A stretch of 64,000 bases of DNA. Origin: a virus. The DNA lies in UHGV virus genome UHGV-0385297. The stretch is one strand, 5' to 3'. The notes under the pieces were generated by a model. It had not been told where the DNA came from and made no database searches. It worked only from the letters and a program-made list of their open reading frames with translations. The translations under genes were made by a program, and so were the position numbers. Of the stretch, positions 49,802 to 59,480 are shown in pieces; within the stretch, counting starts at the first letter, position 1; every line of letters starts with the position of its first letter.

Positions 49802-50467
49802 AACTAATTAACAATAGATTTTATTTAGCATGAGTTCAAGTATAAGGAGTCTGACCAATTCCTCCGAATAGCAAATATCTTATGTATAGATACAGAAGTA
49901 GAATTGCTAAATAAAATCACCTCTTGAATTTATCAATAATTAGTGGTATATTAAATATGTAGTAAATATGCAGAACTCAAAAGTTCGTGAACTGGTCATT
50001 CACGAGAAGAGTAGTAGAAATAAGCATCCAAGTGTATTGGGTGCTTATTTCTGTATTATAGGAGAGCAGCAGATCTTCCTGACTATTTTTTCACTGTTCA
50101 TATCCAGTACCTCATCACAGGTATATCATCTGTTTTTACAGCCATTGTCTTGGCTAACCGTTATAATTTATGTTCACACCAAAGCTTATAAAGTTCATTC
50201 ATCTGTGGAGATTTTTTCCATACAAAAACGATTCTATTTTCATTTCCACAAATGATATCCACTAACTGACCAGCAGACAAAGATGAATTTAAATATTTAT
50301 AATTCTGCTGCATATTAGGAATATACCTTACTTCTTCGGTTTCATATTCAGTTTGAAAAATATCACTATATTCTTTTATATCCTGTCACTCCTTTAAAAT
50401 CGTAAAAAATAGGCTATACTGAAATACTGAATAGTAAATCGGCATAGCCTACGACCTTAATAACTCA

Positions 50468-50821
50468 CTATTCAATATCATTCTTTTTTACCTCATCTGT
50501 TTTAACAGATACAGGCTTTTTATACATAACTTTCTGAACCGTTTTCTTAGGTTCGTCCTCTTTTAGAATTTCTTTGACGACACGTTTTACGTCCGCATCA
50601 AAAGTTTCTAATTCACTTAAATCACATCTTGATAATTCATTTTTTGCTTTAGCTTTATTCTTTGTCTTTGTATACTCAGATAAAACTAAGAAAATCATAT
50701 AATGATCTCTAGTATCGGTAACAGTACGCCATGGTGTAAAAGAAGTAATTTCTTTACATGTATGACACACATGATATCTTTTACCACAGATACTACATGT
50801 TGCATTTAATTCTTCTGACAT
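50468..50821 (-). CDS. zinc-ribbon protein (117 aa; CSICGKRYHVCHTCKE)
   Basis: CxxC...CxxC motif. It lies downstream of the putative major tail gene. Confidence 0.35.
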   Translation of the reverse strand: MSEELNATCSICGKRYHVCHTCKEITSFTPWRTVTDTRDHYMIFLVLSEYTKTKNKAKAKNELSRCDLSELETFDADVKRVVKEILKEDEPKKTVQKVMYKKPVSVKTDEVKKNDIE

Positions 50822-50833
50822 GGTTTCCTCCGT

Positions 50834-50871
50834 TAATAATAATAAACCAGGAGAGAAATAATCCCTCCTGG
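50834..50871 (-). terminator. hairpin CCAGGAG...CTCCTGG plus a T/A-rich run after the 265-aa gene
   Basis: Read directly. Confidence 0.45.
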
Positions 50872-50881
50872 TAGATCTAGT

Positions 50882-51679
50882 TTAGTTTTCGGAAACTAAG
50901 ATAGAGAACAGTTTTGCATCATCGTCACAATATGCCTTCTGGAGATTGTAAGAAACTGCATGTTTTCCATCAGAAGTCAGATTTAATTCGACACTAGATG
51001 GGTCAACCTGTGCTCTTGGACAGTAGATAGCTCCTGCGAACATTTTATTGGTCTCGCATGGATCTCTAAAGATTGCATGAATTAACAGGGATTTTACCTT
51101 TGGTACACTATCAGTAGTCTTATCAACCTGAACTGCTGCTTCACTTTCTCTTGTATAATTTACAAATACACGACCAGTTACGTCTTCTGGTAAAGTGATT
51201 TTCTTACTAGCTGCATCGAGAGTAAATTTGCCATCACCAGCAACAGCTGCTACTTCATAGGTTTTTCCGAAAGTATTATCGCCGTTAATTACTTTGACAT
51301 ATTTTACTTCTGCGCCCTTTGTACCAACAGGAACATACTTTAAGGTTACAGTATGGTCAGATCCAATAGCAATTGTCTCAGATACTGGAATCTTAATCTT
51401 ATTATCAGCAGAAGCAACAATCTTTTCTGTACCAAACTGAGATGCTGCCAGGTCAAGAGAGAAGAGTGAGTTACTAAAGCCAAAAGTACCAGTCTGAGCA
51501 TTATAGAAAGTAGTAATCTTTGCTCCCATAGCATCAGTTACATCAGTACCATCTGCACTTGTCTGTAAACTTGGTTCCTCGATCTGAGTATATCTACCCT
51601 GTAATTCGTTTGTTGATGGATCGTACTCTTCAACACTTCTAATTCTTTCAAGAACTAATTCATTAGGATTAAAAGCCAT
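50882..51679 (-). CDS. putative major tail (tube) protein (265 aa)
   Basis: Position. Followed by a terminator, as expected for a high-abundance gene. Composition. Confidence 0.4.
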   Translation of the reverse strand: MAFNPNELVLERIRSVEEYDPSTNELQGRYTQIEEPSLQTSADGTDVTDAMGAKITTFYNAQTGTFGFSNSLFSLDLAASQFGTEKIVASADNKIKIPVSETIAIGSDHTVTLKYVPVGTKGAEVKYVKVINGDNTFGKTYEVAAVAGDGKFTLDAASKKITLPEDVTGRVFVNYTRESEAAVQVDKTTDSVPKVKSLLIHAIFRDPCETNKMFAGAIYCPRAQVDPSSVELNLTSDGKHAVSYNLQKAYCDDDAKLFSILVSEN

Positions 51680-51721
51680 TATAATTTCCTCCTTTAAATT
51701 TTTGTAATAAAAAAGAGAACC

Positions 51722-52486
51722 CTATTCGAGTTCTCCTAACCAATCTAGTTGCTTATTGCTTATGTCTTTTAGATTCACTCCAAAACCGGAATAACCAGAC
51801 TGCAATAGCAAACTAGCATTTTTGATTTTTCCGATTCTTTTTACAGAATCCATAAATGCATTTATTTTCATATCCCAAATTTGGGAATGATTATATTTGA
51901 ATCCTTCACTATTAATCATAGCTGAGATTAAATTTTTAAGTTGTGAATGATAAGGCTTATTTTTTGCCAATGTCATTTCTTCAATTGCATCCTCAATAAG
52001 AACCATTTTTGTTGATTCGTTAGCAGGATACTTAAAGTCTCTCTCAATAAAATGAGCTTTACTTAAATAATCGCAGATAATGTTATATGTAAATTCATCT
52101 ATTGCAACAAGATCATCATCTACAATTTGATATAAAAATAAATCGTCAGAATCGACTCTTTTTTGAATTTGGAATTTTGTAAAATCCAAATCTCCAAATA
52201 GAAGAGAAGTTGCCTCTACTGGATAAATTTTACATATAAAACCTATAAAAAGTCGAAATGGAGTAATAGTAGTATAATCTATACCAGCTTGCCACAACTG
52301 TGCTTTCATTGATGCAGGAGTTGATAACAAACTATGGACCATAGAATAATATTTTTGTTCACTATAATCACAGATTTCGCCCAATGTAGGTTGATGTATT
52401 TTGATATGCTTTGATACTACAAAATCTTCTCCTCTATAAATTTTAAGTTCATCGTTGTCAAAATACTGTTCTTTTTCTACTGCCAA
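51722..52486 (-). CDS. tail/structural protein (254 aa)
   Basis: Position. Confidence 0.35.
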   Translation of the reverse strand: MAVEKEQYFDNDELKIYRGEDFVVSKHIKIHQPTLGEICDYSEQKYYSMVHSLLSTPASMKAQLWQAGIDYTTITPFRLFIGFICKIYPVEATSLLFGDLDFTKFQIQKRVDSDDLFLYQIVDDDLVAIDEFTYNIICDYLSKAHFIERDFKYPANESTKMVLIEDAIEEMTLAKNKPYHSQLKNLISAMINSEGFKYNHSQIWDMKINAFMDSVKRIGKIKNASLLLQSGYSGFGVNLKDISNKQLDWLGELE

Positions 52487-53115
52487 TACTCGTTATTCCT
52501 TATTAAAGGGTTTTCGTTAAATGGAGTATAAGTAATTCCATTTAGATCTAATAATTGGAACACAAGAGTCCTTACCAAATAATGACTATCCGTAGTAGAC
52601 TCTTTTGAGGAGATTAATTTTGCCTGCATTCCGAATATATTTGACCAATTAAAGCGTTCACGAATAATTGATCCAATAAGATCATGACGAGAAATACCAG
52701 TTTTAGAATCAAGTCGATCTGCTTCCTGGCAGAAAATAGTAAAGGTGATTTCTGTATATTTCTGAATATTGTTATAACGTGGTAACTCATCGAACATTAC
52801 CTGATAACAAACATAATTTTTCACCTTCGTCTGCGTATCAGGAATAAAAAGAGCAGGTCGGATATTTGCTGAGTCACCAAAATATTTATCCCATTCCCCT
52901 AATGGTTCATGAGTTTCTGGGTCCCAATTTATATTCCCGTCTTCATCAAAAAGTTCAGACTCTAATTCTTTTTCATCCATTGCGTATAGCAATTCAGGAC
53001 AGTAGAGTAGAGCATTTTTGATTTTATTTTTATATCGAATTGTTTCATCATCAGGAGTTTCACAATAAGCCCGAAGTTTGTTTAAAAGATCATCTTTTGT
53101 TATTAATTCAGCCAT
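52477..53115 (-). CDS. structural protein (212 aa)
   Basis: Position. Confidence 0.35.
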   Translation of the reverse strand: MAELITKDDLLNKLRAYCETPDDETIRYKNKIKNALLYCPELLYAMDEKELESELFDEDGNINWDPETHEPLGEWDKYFGDSANIRPALFIPDTQTKVKNYVCYQVMFDELPRYNNIQKYTEITFTIFCQEADRLDSKTGISRHDLIGSIIRERFNWSNIFGMQAKLISSKESTTDSHYLVRTLVFQLLDLNGITYTPFNENPLIRNNEYWQ

Positions 53116-53126
53116 GTGCCACCTCC

Positions 53127-54383
53127 CTAGACGATTAACTGCAGTTGCAGTAGTTCGGAATCAAAAGATACATCACCTTTGATAACAGTACAATTAAATG
53201 TAATCAGTTTAGTTAGTTGTGATCTATCATCAGGAAACTTCACTTTCATCCGATTATAAGCTGCTGGACGCCAGGTTACTTTATCAGTCCAATCTTCATC
53301 ATCTATGCTGCAAGACCAAGTAAAGGTTGCATCAGAATATTCTTTTGTAATATCATCATCGGAACCTTTAAAGATATTGAGCGTAAGCGTTTTATAACTG
53401 CCACCAACTTTAATGGAATCTGTAGATGCTGAAATTTTAGAATAGATAGATGGTAGGAGAGTGGGAGTAGAAGGATCGGTAGGTGTAACACCATCACTGA
53501 AATAATCAGCCCACATACCTATAATATAACCATCGGAATCCTTTTCGATATAATCATGATTTTGTTCAAAGAAAGTCTGATATAAAGTAAGACGTTGAAT
53601 TCCTAATGGCTGAGAATTCTCAACCTTACTGATTTTCCATGCTATAGGATGGTCTGTAAAAGCACTTACGAGTACACGCATAGTTTTACTCTGATCATCG
53701 GTATACCAAATTTTGTCAGTAATTGAATTTAAAGGTAATAAAACTTTGTCCTGATTTTCTTGCGTTGTAAATCTAAGATCCGTCCATAAACCACTGTTAT
53801 ACGAGTTTTGGCTTTTTAAAACAGCCCACATCCTACGTTTAATACGTTCTTTACCATTGCGTTCTATCCACATAAAATTGTAATTAATTGGAAGAACCAA
53901 ATACTTTGTGAACTGATTTGCTGGTTCACTAAGAATAATCATCCATTTCCTATAAACTCCCTTTTCATCAGGAATATCACAGTACAAACCTGTTGGAAAT
54001 TCAGCACCGTATTTTCTTCGGAAATCCTGTTCGTAGTAATACAATTCGTCTTTTTTTGTAAATTCCACAGGCTGACTTGGTTTAAATTGAATGTAATAAT
54101 CTACCTGATCTTTATCAATAGACTGATAGGATTTAACAATAAATTTCGCATCAATACAAGTTTTAGTGGTGTTTTCATATGTCATATGGTCTTTTTTATC
54201 TGGCTGATCATCATGATAATAATCGTAGATATAACAAACCTTGGATTGAATGTTATGATCCCAATACTGTTCCATATAGAAATCAGAATCTGCTTTTAAT
54301 TTTTCTCCAAATGTAGGATAATTTTTACCTGTCGAATAAGAATCAATTCTCATTCTTCTTTGATAAGAATCATACACTGACAT
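53127..54383 (-). CDS. structural protein (418 aa; possible sheath-position gene)
   Basis: Position only. Confidence 0.3.
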   Translation of the reverse strand: MSVYDSYQRRMRIDSYSTGKNYPTFGEKLKADSDFYMEQYWDHNIQSKVCYIYDYYHDDQPDKKDHMTYENTTKTCIDAKFIVKSYQSIDKDQVDYYIQFKPSQPVEFTKKDELYYYEQDFRRKYGAEFPTGLYCDIPDEKGVYRKWMIILSEPANQFTKYLVLPINYNFMWIERNGKERIKRRMWAVLKSQNSYNSGLWTDLRFTTQENQDKVLLPLNSITDKIWYTDDQSKTMRVLVSAFTDHPIAWKISKVENSQPLGIQRLTLYQTFFEQNHDYIEKDSDGYIIGMWADYFSDGVTPTDPSTPTLLPSIYSKISASTDSIKVGGSYKTLTLNIFKGSDDDITKEYSDATFTWSCSIDDEDWTDKVTWRPAAYNRMKVKFPDDRSQLTKLITFNCTVIKGDVSFDSELLQLQLIV

Positions 54384-54742
54384 TAGTGATCACCTGCTTC
54401 CTTCTGCCAAAGCAATGCTCCAGCATCAAAAACAAGTTTCTTATATCGATTAAAATCAAAATGATCTGATTTCAAAATATATAAGGCTGATTCTAGTGAT
54501 GTAATAATTTCTACAAAATCTTTAGGGTAGAGCAGTAATTCGTTATATCTGGAAATTTCAAAAAGAAGATTCTCATGATACTTAACTACATTTACATCTC
54601 CAAAATCATCTTTAGTATTCTGATCAGTATAAAGTACCAACCAGAAAATTTTCTTTCTTAACTTTTTTTGATAGTATTCAACCTGTGAAGGTTTAAATTC
54701 TCCATACTTATGTGGAACCATATTATCCATTTGTTCCACCAT
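54383..54742 (-). CDS. head-tail joining region protein (119 aa)
   Basis: Position. Confidence 0.3.
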   Translation of the reverse strand: MVEQMDNMVPHKYGEFKPSQVEYYQKKLRKKIFWLVLYTDQNTKDDFGDVNVVKYHENLLFEISRYNELLLYPKDFVEIITSLESALYILKSDHFDFNRYKKLVFDAGALLWQKEAGDH

Positions 54743-55184
54743 ACTCTCCGAAGTAATAAGAATGACGAGTTAATTCTAATTCCCATTCTCTTTTTAAATC
54801 ATCGAGCCTTTCCATATTTTTTGAATAGTTATTATTAGCAAGATTTTTTTCTTCTTTTCCACCAACGATCATGATGAAGTTTTTATCTTGTTCAAGTTTT
54901 GTGGGGAAATAACTAATAATAACACCTTTTGCCATAATAGCTTTCACATACTCTATGTCATAATATTCATCTACGCTATTAACCAACTCAAATGATAATT
55001 GCATAATTTCATCATCTAAAACATAGCTGGTAAATTTTTTGCGTAGAAGAGTATAAGAAGAAGCAGTATGTAACCACTGTTTTAAGGCTTCATAAAAATC
55101 ATCTTTTGTATAAGTGGCGAGTTTTAAGTCATCAATCATACTCAGAGATTTTTTATAAATATCTTCATAATTAACAGAAGGCAT
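54723..55184 (-). CDS. head-tail joining region protein (153 aa)
   Basis: Position. Confidence 0.3.
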   Translation of the reverse strand: MPSVNYEDIYKKSLSMIDDLKLATYTKDDFYEALKQWLHTASSYTLLRKKFTSYVLDDEIMQLSFELVNSVDEYYDIEYVKAIMAKGVIISYFPTKLEQDKNFIMIVGGKEEKNLANNNYSKNMERLDDLKREWELELTRHSYYFGEYGGTNG

Positions 55185-55201
55185 AAACTATACCTCCTTT
55201 A

Positions 55202-55759
55202 TCAATCTTCAATATTGATCATTTTTGCAAAATCTGTATGACAAACTTCATCAATAATTTTAATCTTTTTAATAGAATCGAAGCTTCCGTCTTCAATACG
55301 TTTAGCAACTTCAACAGTAATTGCTTTCTGTAAACCCTTTGGAAGAGATTCAAGAGTGGATTTAAAATATGTATAAGATTTATTTAAGACCTCATCAATA
55401 TCATCCATCCCATATACTTTATCAGAATAAAAATCTGCAACATCTTTCCAACGTGGATTCTCTAAAAGATCTTCATCTTCAATAACAAATAATGGGTCAT
55501 AAATATAGCTTGAATGTCTATTTTTTAATGCAAATAAATCTCCATATTCAATTTCGGCTTCATCACCATAATTAGCAAATACGTAATACATTCCAGATTT
55601 TCCAGGAACACCTAACCAACCTGGTGTTACAGAACGGCATAAAACTGGTTCCGTCTGTGTAAAGGTTTTTACTTTCTTTTTTTCTTCAACCTTTTCTTCA
55701 ACCGTTGTTTTCTCAATTTCTACTTTAGGTGAAGTATTTGTTTTCTTAGTTACTGGCAT
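55202..55759 (-). CDS. structural protein (185 aa from the ATG at 55759, which follows RBS AAAGGAA)
   Basis: The start was refined. The ORF-track start at 55825 has no RBS and lies inside a terminator hairpin. Confidence 0.35.
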   Translation of the reverse strand: MPVTKKTNTSPKVEIEKTTVEEKVEEKKKVKTFTQTEPVLCRSVTPGWLGVPGKSGMYYVFANYGDEAEIEYGDLFALKNRHSSYIYDPLFVIEDEDLLENPRWKDVADFYSDKVYGMDDIDEVLNKSYTYFKSTLESLPKGLQKAITVEVAKRIEDGSFDSIKKIKIIDEVCHTDFAKMINIED

Positions 55760-55776
55760 AACAATTCCTTTCTTTC

Positions 55777-55815
55777 CATATAAATAAAGGTGAGAAGTGC
55801 ATGACCTCTCACCTT
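55777..55815 (-). terminator. strong hairpin (AAAGGTGAGA...TCTCACCTTT, 10-bp stem) plus a T-rich run, directly after the 368-aa gene
   Basis: Read directly. Confidence 0.6.
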
Positions 55816-55826
55816 TAAAGCTCATA

Positions 55827-56933
55827 TTAATCTACGATCTTCCAAGTTGCGAAGTAACGTCCAATAATAGTACCTACACCAAGCTTGGTCAGATATTTGA
55901 ACTCGTATGTCATATCGTTCTTCTCAGTAGAATCAGTTACTTCCTTAATCTGAGAATCGCCCTCATATACAAGTTTTACGAACTTATTATCTGCAACAGG
56001 CATAATTAACAGAATATTAGGATCTACCATCTTGGTAGTAGTATCATTCTTTGCAAATACCTGTGGAATTTCTACAATACGAGTACCTTCCCAGATACCA
56101 AGGCGACCCAGATTTCTACGATCTTTCTTATCATCTTCACTAATCCAAGATGCATCTGCTAAACCATATAATCTGGATAGAGCAGTCTTTGTACCCATAA
56201 TTACAACTTCTGCGCCACGGTTTGCAGCCTGTACATCTTCTACCATAGTGATAAAAGTAGACTTAGCAGCAGCATTAAGAGCAGCGGTCTTGTAGAACTG
56301 TTCAGAACCTGGAAGAACCTGGGAACCTGCTGAAATTACAGCCTTATAAACCAGTTCGTTTACATAGTTATCCATCGCTTCATAAATCTTATTTACAAGC
56401 TTTGTCCAATCAGCACGGCCAGTCATAACTCTTTCAAATTCTTCGTATACACCTAGACCTACCCAATATGTAGGAATACGGAATGTTTCACCGATACCTA
56501 ATCTCTGGCGATCAATATCCCAATGATTTCCTGAAATTCTACCTACTGTTAAAACAGTCTTATCTTCAGATTCAAATTCATTAGTATCATCCATACCAAG
56601 ATTCTTTACTTCAACAAAATCATGGAAGAACTCATTATCCTGCCATCCAGAAGTCAGCATATCTTCAACGGTATCTTCAATAACTTCAAAGATCTCATTT
56701 TTATTACGTCTGATTGCTCTACGAATTTCTTTTGCAGAAGCCTTTTCGTCAACGCCCATAATCAGTCTAAAGGTGTCTTTAATTTCCTTATCTGCATCTG
56801 CTTTAGAAATTCCACCTTCAAACTCTCCACGAGTATAATCCTTTAATAATTTAGAAAAACCTAAATATCTATTTTCGTCATTCTCAAATGCAGATTTTAC
56901 ATTTGTACTAAAATTTAAGAAATTGTTCTTCAT
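55827..56933 (-). CDS. putative major capsid protein (368 aa)
   Basis: Position after the portal, scaffold and 170-aa genes. Followed by a strong terminator. Confidence 0.45.
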   Translation of the reverse strand: MKNNFLNFSTNVKSAFENDENRYLGFSKLLKDYTRGEFEGGISKADADKEIKDTFRLIMGVDEKASAKEIRRAIRRNKNEIFEVIEDTVEDMLTSGWQDNEFFHDFVEVKNLGMDDTNEFESEDKTVLTVGRISGNHWDIDRQRLGIGETFRIPTYWVGLGVYEEFERVMTGRADWTKLVNKIYEAMDNYVNELVYKAVISAGSQVLPGSEQFYKTAALNAAAKSTFITMVEDVQAANRGAEVVIMGTKTALSRLYGLADASWISEDDKKDRRNLGRLGIWEGTRIVEIPQVFAKNDTTTKMVDPNILLIMPVADNKFVKLVYEGDSQIKEVTDSTEKNDMTYEFKYLTKLGVGTIIGRYFATWKIVD

Positions 56934-56956
56934 TGTTAGTTGTCCTCCTTTGTAAA

Positions 56957-57469
56957 TTAGCCGTTCTTACGAACAAGTACCTTATAGAAAGTACCGCCAG
57001 TACGCTTAATAGCCTCAATAACTTCACCGTAGAAAGCATTAGTAGAAGTTTCTCCTTCAATAACTTTCATTCCATATCCGTCTGCTTCAACAAGCTTTCC
57101 TACAGCAACTGTTCCTGCGAGACCATTTGCTGAGATAGTAAATCTGTCACCTGCAGCTAATTCATAAACTCTCATGATTTCGTCTTTGCCGTTATAGAAG
57201 TTATATTCATATGTAGCTGCTAACGGTCTTTCGTCTGGACCAACAGGAACAGAAAGAATTAAACCAACACGAGAAGTAGCGGTAGGCTCAACCATTGTGT
57301 AATATTCATTTTCCTTGTACTTCATTGCATCAATATTTACTAACTTTCCATTATCAATATCTTCAGATGCTTTTACGTTAAAAATATGTCTTCCGTAATT
57401 AGTAGCAGTAAGGTTAGTAGATTCTGCTACAATATGCTTATCTACTGCTTTTAAATATGCGTTAACCAT
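56957..57469 (-). CDS. head protein (170 aa; possible scaffold or decoration protein)
   Basis: Position. RBS AAGGAGGA. Confidence 0.35.
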   Translation of the reverse strand: MVNAYLKAVDKHIVAESTNLTATNYGRHIFNVKASEDIDNGKLVNIDAMKYKENEYYTMVEPTATSRVGLILSVPVGPDERPLAATYEYNFYNGKDEIMRVYELAAGDRFTISANGLAGTVAVGKLVEADGYGMKVIEGETSTNAFYGEVIEAIKRTGGTFYKVLVRKNG

Positions 57470-57494
57470 TAAAATTTCCTCCTTGTTTTATGAG

Positions 57495-57522
57495 CAATAA
57501 AAAAGACCGATCATTCGGTCTT
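57495..57522 (-). terminator. intrinsic terminator AAGACCGA-tcat-TCGGTCTT followed by TTTTTT on the minus strand
   Basis: Read directly. Confidence 0.7.
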
Positions 57523-57543
57523 ACATTGCGTATGTATTTTGTT

Positions 57544-59232
57544 TTACTTATTATATTTTTCAAAAATTCCACCATAAGGTGATTTCTTTTTGGTTTCTTC
57601 TTCTGAATTAGAATTAGACATAAAGATCATAGATTTTTTAGACTTTTCTTCGTTAAAAGAAAAATTAGAATGTTCTGCGACATAATCAGAATGTAATACT
57701 TTAATCTTTGTTTCAAAATCAGCAAGAGAGTAATTATCCATATCAGATACTAACTGTGCAAATTCAGTATTCACAAAATTGCCATTATCATCTTTTTCTG
57801 TCAATACAGAATATTTATCAGAATTGATAATAGCTTCTTTCTGGGAATGTAACTCATTCTTTTCTACATTTTCTTTGAATTCCTTAAGTGCTGCATAATT
57901 CTGACGCATTGCTTCAAGTTCAGCCTTTTCACTTGCAGTTAAAAGTTCACGGAATAATTCGATACGTTCTCCTTCAAAAGCAATAGTATTATTTTCGTCA
58001 CTCTTTGTATAACTTTGTTTATAAATTTTTGACTCATCATAAGATTCATAAACAAAGTAAGAATCGTAAACGTCAGAAATCCAATACCATGTATTGTCAG
58101 ATTCTTCAAATGCCTCTAAGAGCTGGTAAAGTCCATAACGAATATCTTCATGACTTAATTCAAAAGAGCGAACCAGATTCTCTTCAAAATTCTGATTTTC
58201 TCCTTCATCACCAACGGAATTATTTTCTGGTGCAGAACCTGTTTCGCCATTATCTTCTCCATCATTGGAAGAAGAGCCATCAGATTCTCCATTGCCGGAA
58301 TCATCACTAAACATTTCTGCAAATTTTGCTTCAAGTTCTTCGTCTGATAATTCAGCGTAATCAAAAGTTACATCTTCAATTGACTTACTATATTTAGCAA
58401 GTAATTCTTCAAATTTTGTCATGCTATCATTTATTCCTCCTTCCTTTGATTGTTCTTTACTGAAACAAGTAGTCTCTAACTTTTCGAGTCTTTCTTGTAA
58501 TTCATTCATTTTTGATTCATAATCTGAAAATAAGCTATTATTATCTGCGCTAAAATCAGAAATATCTAACCTGGCATTTTTCATACCTTCTTCGACATTT
58601 TCGAGAGTATTTGGATTCTTTCCTAATAAAGTAGCACCCATAATATCCACATCAGATAAAATTAAAACTTTAGAAGCCACGTCATATGAGAGTTCGTTCA
58701 CTGCCAATTCTACGCTAATTTTTGTTCCGCCTTTTCTTTGAATAATAGCAGCTGCATCTGTATAATCCGTTGGAATAGCACATTTCCCGTATAAAAAGTT
58801 ATGACCTGTTTCTTCTTCAATTTCAAAATATGGTTCATCCGCAGTAAAACAACCAACCTGCTTTTCAATATAATTAACGCCATCATCAGTTAATTCCATG
58901 TCGTGAGATGTAAAATCCTTCAAAACTTCGCCAGTATTTTCATCAGTGTATTCCATAAAATTTGCTAAAATTGGTTTATAAGCTAGTTGTTTACTTGCTT
59001 TGATCAAAGCTTCATCTGTAACAGAAGATTTATTTCTATTTTCTCCTGAATGCATAAGCTTTACAGTGCAGAATAATAATATGTTATCTTTTTCTGATTC
59101 ATCTACTTCAAACTGAGCAGGAACCTGAACAAAAATTTGCTGTCCTGTTTCTTTTGAGCTAAATGAACATGTTTTATTTTGATTTACATAGAAACTATAC
59201 AAATCATCATATGATAATAATTTTTTCTTCAT
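57544..59232 (-). CDS. head morphogenesis protein (562 aa): N-terminal globular domain plus an acidic coiled-coil C-terminal half (scaffold-like). Possible prohead protease/scaffold fusion or Mu-F/SPP1-gp7-like protein.
   Basis: Position right after the portal. Acidic low-complexity stretch DDSGNGESDGSSSNDGEDNGETGSAPENN. The start was refined to the ATG at 59232, which follows RBS AAAGGAAG. Confidence 0.35.
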   Translation of the reverse strand: MKKKLLSYDDLYSFYVNQNKTCSFSSKETGQQIFVQVPAQFEVDESEKDNILLFCTVKLMHSGENRNKSSVTDEALIKASKQLAYKPILANFMEYTDENTGEVLKDFTSHDMELTDDGVNYIEKQVGCFTADEPYFEIEEETGHNFLYGKCAIPTDYTDAAAIIQRKGGTKISVELAVNELSYDVASKVLILSDVDIMGATLLGKNPNTLENVEEGMKNARLDISDFSADNNSLFSDYESKMNELQERLEKLETTCFSKEQSKEGGINDSMTKFEELLAKYSKSIEDVTFDYAELSDEELEAKFAEMFSDDSGNGESDGSSSNDGEDNGETGSAPENNSVGDEGENQNFEENLVRSFELSHEDIRYGLYQLLEAFEESDNTWYWISDVYDSYFVYESYDESKIYKQSYTKSDENNTIAFEGERIELFRELLTASEKAELEAMRQNYAALKEFKENVEKNELHSQKEAIINSDKYSVLTEKDDNGNFVNTEFAQLVSDMDNYSLADFETKIKVLHSDYVAEHSNFSFNEEKSKKSMIFMSNSNSEEETKKKSPYGGIFEKYNK

Positions 59233-59289
59233 CGCTCTTCCTTTCTTAAAAAATGACAAAATAAAAGTCACTCAAGATTTGAAGAGTGA

Positions 59290-59469
59290 CTAAATACTTA
59301 GCATATTGCTATATTTAATTTTTGATTTATCAATATCTTTTGAAAAATGTAATTTATCAGTATTCAAAAAAGTATATATACCATTACCTTCATCGATCTT
59401 TTGAAAACCAAGAGATAATAATTTTTCAGCAGTATATGAATCGGATACTTTTAAAAATTTTTCTTTCAC
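59290..59469 (-). CDS. small protein (59 aa, GTG start; VKEKFLKVSDSYTAEKLLSLGFQKIDEGNG...)
   Basis: RBS GAGGTGA. A terminator hairpin (59267-59290) overlaps its stop. Confidence 0.3.
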   Translation of the reverse strand: MKEKFLKVSDSYTAEKLLSLGFQKIDEGNGIYTFLNTDKLHFSKDIDKSKIKYSNMLSI

Positions 59470-59480
59470 AAAATCACCTC

